A stretch of DNA of 64,000 nt from Methanobacteriota archaeon (GTDB taxonomy: Archaea > Undinarchaeota > Undinarchaeia > Undinarchaeales > Undinarchaeaceae). Position 1 is the first letter of the stretch. The number at the start of each line of letters is the position of its first letter. The notes under the pieces were generated by a model, which was given only the letters and a program-made list of their open reading frames with translations, did not search any database and was not told the DNA's origin. This document shows, piece by piece, positions 45,603-54,107 of the stretch. The stretch spans positions 37,030-101,029 of the forward strand of contig NZBN01000007.1 of NCBI GenBank assembly GCA_002687935.1, written 5' to 3'. The position numbers were made by a program, and so were the translations under genes.

Positions 45603-46579
45603 ACAAAAATAGAAAGGCTCTCATCGGAGTTGCTGCAATAGCTGGTGCAGTTATTGTTATTGTTGTCGCAACTGGTGTTTTTATTGAAGCTGAAGAAGCT
45701 GAGGAAATCACTACACAACAGGCTCAGTCAATTGTCGCCCAGAATCCAGGGGAGGTTTTTGAAGTTATTCGTGAGGTTATGGATGAATGTGTCAGCGAAG
45801 CGCTGTTTTTCGCAAATTTTGAGGATATTGGGGACATGATGGCATATGAGGATTTTCTTAATAATATCTGTTCTCATTCAGTACTGGAGTTAGAGTCCTT
45901 CATAACTTCAGAAGGTTTTTCGCAAAATATCACTTTTGTGGTGGACACAGCTCTTCAGGAAGTTATGACTATAAATGTTTCAGCTCAGTTGTCCTCAGCC
46001 GCAGGAACAGTAAGCAAGGATTTTGTATCTTCTGATGCTAGATATGTTTGTGTTCCTCAGACAGAGGCGGTTGATCCTGAATGTATAACTGACAGTGCAA
46101 ACCTTAAGGATTTTAACACATCTCCAACGGAACCAACAACTGACTGCGAGCTCCACTTCACAATTCTTGATGAGTCTCTTGACTATCTACAAATGCCAGT
46201 TATGATAGGTTTTGGGATGACCCTTCCTCCTATGGGCGGTGGTCCTGGTACTCCTTATACTGTTAGATTTATTACAGCTGAAGATCCTCTTGGAGAAGCT
46301 ATAGTAGAGGACTATAGGCTGAGTTTATGTAGATTGGATGCAAGTTTCTCAAGTACTGGAAAAATCTTAGACCTAACTCTAGATACAGCAACTTGTCTAA
46401 TGAGAGATCCCCCCGGTCCTGGTTGTGAGGATTGTGCCCAGTGCGAGTCTGTAAATTCTTCCTATTATAGGTTCTTATCTCTCAACTTGCAAATTGACCA
46501 TCCTGAAGATATCAGTGTAACGCACTGCCGTATAGAAAATCTTACTGATTGCTTACCTGTCTTTGGTGTTGGAAAATAA
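45599..46579 (+). CDS. pilin-signal acidic Cys-rich protein (possible tip component)
   Basis: NRKA|LIGVAAIAGAVIVIVV; many Cys including CEDCAQC. Confidence 0.6.
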   Translation: MNKNRKALIGVAAIAGAVIVIVVATGVFIEAEEAEEITTQQAQSIVAQNPGEVFEVIREVMDECVSEALFFANFEDIGDMMAYEDFLNNICSHSVLELESFITSEGFSQNITFVVDTALQEVMTINVSAQLSSAAGTVSKDFVSSDARYVCVPQTEAVDPECITDSANLKDFNTSPTEPTTDCELHFTILDESLDYLQMPVMIGFGMTLPPMGGGPGTPYTVRFITAEDPLGEAIVEDYRLSLCRLDASFSSTGKILDLTLDTATCLMRDPPGPGCEDCAQCESVNSSYYRFLSLNLQIDHPEDISVTHCRIENLTDCLPVFGVGK

Positions 46580-47732
46580 TATCAAAATATGGCATCTGCT
46601 CAAGCACGCGTTTTTTTGAGCAGTGCAGAGCTTCCCCAAGCTCGGCGGCTTCGGAATCTCGTTTTGCTCGCTGAAACTTTGTTCTTCCCATAATAGCAAT
46701 TATCTGCGGAAAGACACAATCTATACTTTTTCCATTCTTCTCTTTTTTCGCCCGGGCAGTTCCTATTGACATTAGCTCGGAGGCGTAGCTAAGCAGAGCC
46801 CACTGCTGCCCTCTTCTTATTCTTCTCAAAAAGATGTCTGCCCGTGAGACTTTGTCATAGGCCTCTGCAATCTCCGAAGCATCTCCGTACTCACGCGCTA
46901 TATTCTCTTCTATCCACAGCATTATTTCTTCAGGCGCCACATCGCAGGCAAACATAGACTTCCGTATAAAATCTGCATCCTTAGTTTTGAATATAGCTTT
47001 TAGAGCGTCAGAAATGGCAATTCTCTTGCCATGTTCTCCTAAATGCTCCAAATTTTCCTTTGTTATTTTCTGCCTTCCGGTCGAAACCGCCTGAAGCTCA
47101 TTTATTGCAATTCTCATATCTCCCTCTGAGCGCCACGCTATCTGCATAATTACGCTGTCGGCTGCTTCTATTCCTTCTGAAGAAAGTATATCCTTAAGCC
47201 TCTTCGCCACATCTGCCTCACTCAGCTTTGCCATTTTAACAACCTTGCACTTCTTCTTCAGCTCTTTTACTGCTCTCACATCAGGATTATTTGCAGTTAG
47301 AACAATCGGGAATGCGCTGTTTTGAACTATCTTCAGTATCGCAGGCACTCCTCCTCTATCAGAGTTTCCGTGGATTCCGTCTGCTTCGTCAACGAGTATT
47401 ATTTTTCCATCCCCTGTCAGACTCATCTGACGGGAAGCACCTCCTATAATTTCTTCTATATCTGCCTTCTTCCTTACATCTGAGGCGTTTGTCTCCAGAA
47501 GCTCATTTCCAGTTTCCTTTGCCAGGGCTGAAACAAGAACGTTTTTCCCGCAGCCACTCGGTCCAATAAGAAGAATTCCTGAACCTGGTTTGTAATTCTT
47601 AACAAAAGTTTTCAGAGTCTCTGCAGCCTTTCCCTGGCCAAGCACTTCCTCAATTTTCGTCGGGCTGTATTTCTCAGCCCACGGTTCATTTCCCATCTTT
47701 TCCGGTCTTGTAAAGCTGAGCCAGGAAGGCAT
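46542..47732 (-). CDS. rfcL: replication factor C large subunit
   Basis: PWAEKYSP, GPSGCGKN, LETNASD.R, ILVDEADG. Confidence 0.92.
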   Translation of the reverse strand: MPSWLSFTRPEKMGNEPWAEKYSPTKIEEVLGQGKAAETLKTFVKNYKPGSGILLIGPSGCGKNVLVSALAKETGNELLETNASDVRKKADIEEIIGGASRQMSLTGDGKIILVDEADGIHGNSDRGGVPAILKIVQNSAFPIVLTANNPDVRAVKELKKKCKVVKMAKLSEADVAKRLKDILSSEGIEAADSVIMQIAWRSEGDMRIAINELQAVSTGRQKITKENLEHLGEHGKRIAISDALKAIFKTKDADFIRKSMFACDVAPEEIMLWIEENIAREYGDASEIAEAYDKVSRADIFLRRIRRGQQWALLSYASELMSIGTARAKKEKNGKSIDCVFPQIIAIMGRTKFQRAKRDSEAAELGEALHCSKKRVLEQMPYFDIIFQHQRQVSNQ

Positions 47733-48657
47733 TTATCTGTATAATATCGTTCGAGCCTTCGGTTATTCTGAAGTCATATTCTCCTAGCCTGTCCAGGAGT
47801 CCTGCCAATGCGTTTTCCGGAATTTCTTCCATTCTCAGAAGAGCTCGGTGCATCTGCCTTATCACATCTTCTCCAGAAACACCTTTGTCAATCATCATAG
47901 TGGTAATTTTTTTCCGTGCTTCTCTGAATCCGCCATTCATGGCGAGCTTGAGACAGTCTTCAACTTCTCCGGGTTTGCTTCTTGCCGAAACAAGATAAAC
48001 TGATTCCTCGCTTATACTCTCCCCACTAGATGCGACAGCCTGCATAAGGTTTATCGCTGTTCTAAGGTCTCCGGTTGCGATTTCAAGAAGAGCTTCTATT
48101 CCACTGGCGTCTACAGAAAGTTTCTCCTCCGCTGCTATAAATTTCAGTCTTTTTTCAACTTCTCCCTTCTCAACTGGTCCGAATCTGAAAATTGCGCATC
48201 GTGACTGTATCGGGTCTATAATTTTTGAACTGTAATTACAGGAAAGTATGAAGCGGCAGGTATGTGTATAATTTTCCATAGTGCGTCTTAGTGCCTGCTG
48301 TGCCTCTTTCGTCAGAGCGTCACTTTCATCCAGATAAATTATTTTGTAAGGAACATCTCCGAGTGCTTTTGTTCTTGCGAAGTCCTTTACTTTATTTCTT
48401 ACTACGTCAATTCCTCTTTCATCAGAGGCATTTAACTCAAGAAAATTACCTTGCCAGTTGTCTCCAAAAGTTTCTTTCGCAAGAGCGAGTGCGCAGGTAG
48501 TTTTCCCCGTTCCTGCAGGTCCTGAAAAGAGCAGATGCTGAAGCGTTTTAGATTCTGCGAAGGCGCTTAGTCTTTCCACTATGTGTTTTTGTCCCACGAC
48601 TTCCGATAGTACAGTGGGTCTGTACTTCTCTGTCCAAATATCTGTGCTAAATTCCAT
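47686..48657 (-). CDS. rfcS: replication factor C small subunit
   Basis: WTEKYRP, GPAGTGKTT, LELNASDERGI, IQSRC; no intein. Confidence 0.96.
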   Translation of the reverse strand: MEFSTDIWTEKYRPTVLSEVVGQKHIVERLSAFAESKTLQHLLFSGPAGTGKTTCALALAKETFGDNWQGNFLELNASDERGIDVVRNKVKDFARTKALGDVPYKIIYLDESDALTKEAQQALRRTMENYTHTCRFILSCNYSSKIIDPIQSRCAIFRFGPVEKGEVEKRLKFIAAEEKLSVDASGIEALLEIATGDLRTAINLMQAVASSGESISEESVYLVSARSKPGEVEDCLKLAMNGGFREARKKITTMMIDKGVSGEDVIRQMHRALLRMEEIPENALAGLLDRLGEYDFRITEGSNDIIQINAFLAQLYKTGKDGK

Positions 48658-48740
48658 CTCCCAAAACTGTTTTTGTCTGCGTGTTATATAAAACTTCGTT
48701 GCCTGTTAATTTTTTATAGAAGTGTCTCTAATGATAGTGT

Positions 48741-49409
48741 ATGAATTATCCTCTTCACATGGGAATAATCCCTGATGGCTGTCGCCGATGGGCTTCTGAA
48801 AAAGGCTCACTTCCTTGGGATGGCCATCTTAAAGGAATTGGGGTTATGGAAACAGTTTCCAAATGGATTCTTTCTGAAACTCCTGTGAAACATCTCACTG
48901 CATACGGACTTTCTGCGTCAAATTTGAAGCGTCCTGCTTCTCAGCTGAAGGCTCTTGAAAAATTGTATTCAAAATATTTCATTAAACTTTCAAAAGACAA
49001 GGATATTCACGAAAACCAGGTAAGGGTTGGAATTATAGGTTCCCGTAACCTTTTACCGGAAAAAATCCTTGATGCTGCTGATGTTGCTGTGGAGGCAACA
49101 GCTAATTATGACAGCAAATTTTTCAGAGTTGCTCTTGCCTATTCTGGTCGCCAGGAAATAGTAGATGCTGTCAAGAAATCCGGAGAAAAATTGTCAGTGG
49201 AAAGTATATCCCAAAATCTTTATTCAGATTATCCTGATGTCGACTTGATATTCAGGACTTCCGAGCGCCGCCTGAGCAATTTCATGCTCTGGGCTTCAAG
49301 TTATTCTGAGCTCTATTTTTTAGACAAGTATTGGCCTGATGTAAGCGTTGACGATATTCGCGTGGCACTTGAAGACTATGATTCCCGTCAACGAAGGCAC
49401 GGAGAATAG
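48741..49409 (+). CDS. uppS: cis-prenyltransferase (UppS family)
   Basis: HMGIIPDGCRRWA, DLIFRTS, RLSNFMLW. Confidence 0.9.
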   Translation: MNYPLHMGIIPDGCRRWASEKGSLPWDGHLKGIGVMETVSKWILSETPVKHLTAYGLSASNLKRPASQLKALEKLYSKYFIKLSKDKDIHENQVRVGIIGSRNLLPEKILDAADVAVEATANYDSKFFRVALAYSGRQEIVDAVKKSGEKLSVESISQNLYSDYPDVDLIFRTSERRLSNFMLWASSYSELYFLDKYWPDVSVDDIRVALEDYDSRQRRHGE

Positions 49410-50471
49410 CTATCTCAGAAGACCTCTGATAAAAGGAACCTGAGTTATTAGTCTGGGATTTTTTAAGAAACCTTTCAGAAGAAGAGTCGGCTTGTCCATA
49501 TCTCCATATTCCTGCATAAGTTTTACCATACTCTCGTTTCCAAGCGTGTCCCAGAATTTGTCCATCTCTTCGTCTGTCATGCTTGAGAGAATGTTATTAA
49601 TCGCCACAGCCTTTTTCAAATCAGGATAAATCTCATTCCTAAATCGTTTTTCATATATGTTTAAGTCCTTTTTTTCTATTGCATCTGCCAATATTTCTGC
49701 GGATTTCATACCCATATAAATTCCCCCACCTGTTGTTGCCTTTACCTGACCTGCCGCGTCTCCAACCAAGGCAACATTTCCCTTCAATATAGGTTTTCTG
49801 ACACGCATTGGTATAAATCCTGCCAAACATTTTCGCTGTTCGACTTTTCCAAACCTCTCTTCTATAAATCTGTCAAGGTACTCCTTCGGTTTCTCTCTTG
49901 TTCCTAGGCCTACACGGAGATTTTTGTCCGTCGGTATTATCCAGGCAAAGAAACCTGGAGCCACCTTCTGTCCAAGATGGAGCTCTACAAAGTCCTTGTC
50001 ATATCCGTCGTTGTCTATTTCAACTTGAACTCCAACGACATGTTTTTCTAGTGGCGGAAACCCTGCCAGCCTCGCAACTGTTGAGTGGGCTCCGTCTGCA
50101 CCAACTATATATTCAGAATTAAAGTCTAAAGAGTTGACGTGCACTCCTTCCTTGACATCAAGACCCTTCGCTAGATGTCTGTCATATTCTCCTCTGTCAA
50201 CAATATCTGCTTGTTTCTCTTCTCTTGAAACTTCAACAACTTTTTTGCTTGGAGAATAAAGCTTAGCTCCTTTTACTTGATTGAGTATTACTTTTTTTGG
50301 CATATCAAGAAGTTCTGCAAAATTGTTACTAAAAACTCCGGAACACTGAACTGGTCTTCCTATGTCTGGACTACTTTCATACACTGTCGAATCTATTCCC
50401 TTATCTTTAAGCTTTCTCGAAAGATGTAGTCCGGCTGGTCCTCCACCGACTATTGTAACTTGAGAATCCAT
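49410..50471 (-). CDS. geranylgeranyl reductase family flavoprotein
   Basis: IVGGGPAG, GRPVQCSG, GADGAHS.VA, FFAWIIP, LVGDAAGQVKATTGGGIY. Confidence 0.9.
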   Translation of the reverse strand: MDSQVTIVGGGPAGLHLSRKLKDKGIDSTVYESSPDIGRPVQCSGVFSNNFAELLDMPKKVILNQVKGAKLYSPSKKVVEVSREEKQADIVDRGEYDRHLAKGLDVKEGVHVNSLDFNSEYIVGADGAHSTVARLAGFPPLEKHVVGVQVEIDNDGYDKDFVELHLGQKVAPGFFAWIIPTDKNLRVGLGTREKPKEYLDRFIEERFGKVEQRKCLAGFIPMRVRKPILKGNVALVGDAAGQVKATTGGGIYMGMKSAEILADAIEKKDLNIYEKRFRNEIYPDLKKAVAINNILSSMTDEEMDKFWDTLGNESMVKLMQEYGDMDKPTLLLKGFLKNPRLITQVPFIRGLLR

Positions 50472-50504
50472 AAGTTTAAATTGCTCCTTCGGATATAATA
50501 ATTT

Positions 50505-50753
50505 ATGGTCGAACAGGAATATCTTGAGGAATTAAAACGTGCAGTTCTTGAAATAGAGGAACACGCAAATATGTTTTCCCTTGAGGACCTTATAAGTTAC
50601 GCAAAAGGACATGGAATTCCTGAAAAAGAAGTAGATGGCTTGATTCATGAGCTTATTGCGGAAGAATACATTCACAAAATAAAGGGAACAGAACTTTATT
50701 CAAGAACTATTCACAAGGATTACAGTCAGGCGGCAGAGAAGCAGCCTCTTTAG
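50505..50753 (+). CDS. small hypothetical winged-helix-like protein
   Basis: 82 aa; SLEDLI..AKGHGI.EKEV..LI.EL pattern. Confidence 0.6.
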   Translation: MVEQEYLEELKRAVLEIEEHANMFSLEDLISYAKGHGIPEKEVDGLIHELIAEEYIHKIKGTELYSRTIHKDYSQAAEKQPL

Positions 50754-51544
50754 GCAGTGGCGCCTTCCATTGCGTTTTTACATTCATCAGAGCGCTCGTC
50801 CGGAATTTTTGCTATGACTTCTGCAAGGAGTTTTTTGATTTTTCCGACATTCTGTTCCATAACTGAGATTACTTCTTCATGACTTACAATATGACCTTCC
50901 TTCCAACAATCGTAATCAGTTACCATTGAAACAGGTGCATAGCAAATCGATGCCTCTTTTGCCAGAATAGATTCTGGGACAAGTGTCATTCCTATTATGT
51001 CAGCGTTCCAGCTTCTGAAAAGTTCTGATTCTGCGCGTGTAGAAAATCTTGGTCCTTGTATACAAACATAAGTAGCTTTTTCGTGGTGCTTAATTCCGAG
51101 CTCCCTTGCTCCACTTATCAGGATTTCTCTAAGGGGTTGGCACATAGGGTCAGCCATTGATACGTGGGCAACTTTTCCTTCATCGAAAAAAGTGGACTCT
51201 CGTCCTGAAGTCCTGTCTATAAACTGGTCTGTAAAAGCAAGGTCTCCAGGTTTATATTCTTCCTTTAAAGAGCCGACTGCCTGAGCCGCTATTATTCTTT
51301 GTACTCCAAGCTGTCTGAACCCGTCTATATTTGCACGATAGTTCACCTGATGGGGTGCAAGTGCGTGATCCTTTCCGTGTCTTGGAAGAAATGCAATCTG
51401 CTTCCCAAGGTATTCTCCAACAAGATAGCTATCAGCCGGACTTCCATACTTACCTTCTAAAGTAATTTCTTCTGAGTTTTTCAGAAACTCAGCGTCGTAG
51501 ACTCCTGAGCCACCTATAACTCCAATATCAACTTGCCTTTCCAT
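50750..51544 (-). CDS. mtnP: S-methyl-5'-thioadenosine phosphorylase
   Basis: IGVIGGSG, FLPRHG..H, DQFIDRT, GPRFSTRAES, MVTDYDCW. Confidence 0.95.
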   Translation of the reverse strand: MERQVDIGVIGGSGVYDAEFLKNSEEITLEGKYGSPADSYLVGEYLGKQIAFLPRHGKDHALAPHQVNYRANIDGFRQLGVQRIIAAQAVGSLKEEYKPGDLAFTDQFIDRTSGRESTFFDEGKVAHVSMADPMCQPLREILISGARELGIKHHEKATYVCIQGPRFSTRAESELFRSWNADIIGMTLVPESILAKEASICYAPVSMVTDYDCWKEGHIVSHEEVISVMEQNVGKIKKLLAEVIAKIPDERSDECKNAMEGATA

Positions 51545-51595
51545 TGTTTTTCTATGCCTAATAAAAGTTATAAGCTTATCTTACAATTTTCCTAT

Positions 51596-52117
51596 ATGGA
51601 TTTAAAGGACAAAATACGGAACATACAGGATTTCCCAAAAAAAGGAATAGTTTTCCGTGATATAACGACTTTAATACAGGATCCAGAGGTCTTCCAATAT
51701 ATTGTCGACAATTTCAAGAATGAATTTTCAAATTCCGAAATCGATGTAATTGTCGGAGTAGAATCTCGTGGTTTTATTTTCGGAGCAGCTCTTGCATATG
51801 CAATGGGCATTCCCTTTACAATGGTCAGAAAACCCGGAAAACTTCCAAGTAGTATTGTTTATGAGGAATACGAACTCGAGTACGGGACCGACAGGCTGGA
51901 AGTCCATGACGATGCGGTCAAGGAAGGGGACAAAGTCTTAATTGTAGATGACCTGTTAGCGACCGGAGGAACTTCTCGAGCAACTGCCAACTTAATAGAA
52001 AAAATAGGTGGGGAACTTGTAGCCTTCGCTTTTGTCATTGAGCTGTCATTTCTTAATGGACGAGAAAAGCTTAAAGACTACAAAATATACTCGCTTGTTG
52101 ATTACAAATCAGACTAA
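51596..52117 (+). CDS. apt: adenine phosphoribosyltransferase
   Basis: DFPKKGIVFRDIT, ESRGFIFG, YELEYG, VDDLLATGGT. Confidence 0.95.
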   Translation: MDLKDKIRNIQDFPKKGIVFRDITTLIQDPEVFQYIVDNFKNEFSNSEIDVIVGVESRGFIFGAALAYAMGIPFTMVRKPGKLPSSIVYEEYELEYGTDRLEVHDDAVKEGDKVLIVDDLLATGGTSRATANLIEKIGGELVAFAFVIELSFLNGREKLKDYKIYSLVDYKSD

Positions 52118-53367
52118 TGAGTAAAATAGCAGATGAAAAACTGGCGGCACAAGGTCGAAAGAAAATAGAGTGGGCAGAATCCAGAATGCCTGTTCTTATG
52201 AGCCTGCGCGAGAAATATGGAAAGACCAAGCCTCTGAAAGGTCAGAGAATAGCTGGCTGTCTCCATGTTACAAAGGAAACAGCTGTTCTCATAGAAACTT
52301 TGGTTGCAGCAGGGGCGGAAATCTCCTGGAGTGGTTGCAACCCCCTTTCAACACAGGACGATGTGGCAGCAGCTCTCGCCGAAGCGGGTACGGACATCTA
52401 TGCCTGGCACGGACTTTCAAATGAGGAATTCTACTGGTGTATAGACCAAACTCTGAAGTTCAAACCGACACTTACTCTCGATGATGGGGCTGATTTAATT
52501 TTTACAATACACAATAAACACCCTGAACTTGCTAAAGAGGTTATTGGAGGAACAGAGGAAACAACGACTGGCGTTCACAGACTTCGCGCAATGGGGAATG
52601 AAGGAAAGCTTCTTTATCCTATAATAGCTGTCAATGATGCTGAAACAAAATGGGATTTCGACAATGTCTATGGAACAGGTCAGAGCACTCTCGATGGAAT
52701 AATGAGGGCCACATCTGTCCTTTTCGCAGGAAAGACGGTTGTTGTCGCAGGATACGGACACTGTGGTAGAGGACTTGCTCTCCGGGCAAGCGGTCTTGGA
52801 GCAAATGTAATTGCAACTGAAGTTGACCCCGTTGCCGCGCTTAAGGCAACTCTAGAAGGTCACCGAGTTATGAAAATGGACGAGGCAGCAAAACTTGGAG
52901 ATATATTCATAACAGCAACAGGAATGAAAGACGTAATTGTTAAGAGACATTTTGAAAGCATGAAGGACGGGGCAATAGTTTGCAACACCGGACACTATGA
53001 CCTTGAAATAAATATTGGTGATTTGGAATCTATCAAAAAAGACAAACGAGAAATTCGCCCAAACAATGAAGAATATCTTTTGCAGAATGGACGAAGAATC
53101 TATCTTCTTGCGCAGGGACGTCTTGTTAATCTTGCTGCAGCAGAAGGTCATCCCTCTGAAGTTATGGATATGAGTTTTGCAAACCAGTTTATGTCAATGA
53201 TGAGTCTTGTAGAGAATAAGGGAAGTCTTGAAAACAATGTTCATGACATAGATGCTGAGCAGGACCGGCAAATCGCTGAACTAAAACTTGAAACAATGGG
53301 GTTTTCTCTGGACAAACTCACAACAGAGCAGATAAAATACCTTACTGATTACGCCTCTGGCACATAA
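52117..53367 (+). CDS. ahcY: adenosylhomocysteinase
   Basis: GCLHVTKET, SGCNPLSTQD, EETTTGV, FDNVYGTGQS, AEGHPSEVMD.SF. Confidence 0.97.
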   Translation: MSKIADEKLAAQGRKKIEWAESRMPVLMSLREKYGKTKPLKGQRIAGCLHVTKETAVLIETLVAAGAEISWSGCNPLSTQDDVAAALAEAGTDIYAWHGLSNEEFYWCIDQTLKFKPTLTLDDGADLIFTIHNKHPELAKEVIGGTEETTTGVHRLRAMGNEGKLLYPIIAVNDAETKWDFDNVYGTGQSTLDGIMRATSVLFAGKTVVVAGYGHCGRGLALRASGLGANVIATEVDPVAALKATLEGHRVMKMDEAAKLGDIFITATGMKDVIVKRHFESMKDGAIVCNTGHYDLEINIGDLESIKKDKREIRPNNEEYLLQNGRRIYLLAQGRLVNLAAAEGHPSEVMDMSFANQFMSMMSLVENKGSLENNVHDIDAEQDRQIAELKLETMGFSLDKLTTEQIKYLTDYASGT

Positions 53368-53449
53368 TAAAAAATCTTTATAATTTTGACTTTAGGGGAG
53401 CCTTTATATACTTTAAATACTACTTAAAGCACTCCTGGGAGGGATTATT

Positions 53450-54079
53450 ATGGCAAAAACCGCAAAAACCGCAAAAACCGCAAAAACTTCAAAAACTTCA
53501 AAAACTTCAAAAACTTCAAAAACTTCAAAAAGCACACTTAAACCAAAAATAAAGATTGAAAATGTTGTCGCAAGCGCTGCCGTCGATGCTGAAATTGACC
53601 TGGATAAGATTGCTGCGACTCTAGATAACGCTGAATATGAGCCAGAGCAGTTTCCAGGTCTCGTTCTGAGACTGACTAAACCAAAGGCCGCAATTCTCGT
53701 ATTCTCTTCGGGCAAAATGGTTTGCACCGGTTCAAAAGAGATAAAAACAGTAAAGGTCGCTATTGCAGAGACTCTTAAACAAATCCGCAAATGCGGTATA
53801 AAAGTAAAGGGTGAGGCAACAATAAAAATACAAAATATTGTCGCATCTTCTGATCTAAAATCTGAGCTAAATCTGGATAATATTGCGTTTACGCTTGAGA
53901 ACACAGAGTTCGAACCGGAACAGTTTCCTGGTCTCGTTTTCAGAGTTACTGATCCTAAGGTAGTTTTCCTACTTTTCAGATCAGGTAAAATTGTGTGCAC
54001 AGGTGCAAAGAAAATTGTCGACGTCAGTAGAGGCGTCGAGAAGTTGGTCAAGGAGCTCAAAAAAGCCAAAGTTCTTTAA
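53450..54079 (+). CDS. tbp: TATA-box binding protein with repetitive N-terminal extension
   Basis: Two direct repeats IENVVAS/IQNIVAS and YEPEQFPGLV/FEPEQFPGLV. Confidence 0.97.
   Translation: MAKTAKTAKTAKTSKTSKTSKTSKTSKSTLKPKIKIENVVASAAVDAEIDLDKIAATLDNAEYEPEQFPGLVLRLTKPKAAILVFSSGKMVCTGSKEIKTVKVAIAETLKQIRKCGIKVKGEATIKIQNIVASSDLKSELNLDNIAFTLENTEFEPEQFPGLVFRVTDPKVVFLLFRSGKIVCTGAKKIVDVSRGVEKLVKELKKAKVL
53453..53533 (+). repeat. 9 x 9-bp coding tandem repeat ([G/T]CAAAAAC[C/T]) encoding (AKT)4(SKT)4SKS
   Basis: Units counted directly: GCAAAAACC x3, GCAAAAACT, TCAAAAACT x4, TCAAAAAGC. Confidence 0.97.
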
Positions 54080-54107
54080 CTAGGCTTTCCTAATACAAAT
54101 TCTGTGA

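Noticed and set aside
39326-46579. Archaellum (motility) locus
   Set aside because: No archaellin-like sequence and no ArlH/ArlF/ArlG; two separate Tad-like platform genes point to a pilus
53413-54069. 218-aa antisense ORF with FEV/FAV repeats
   Set aside because: Shadow of tbp and its 9-bp repeat
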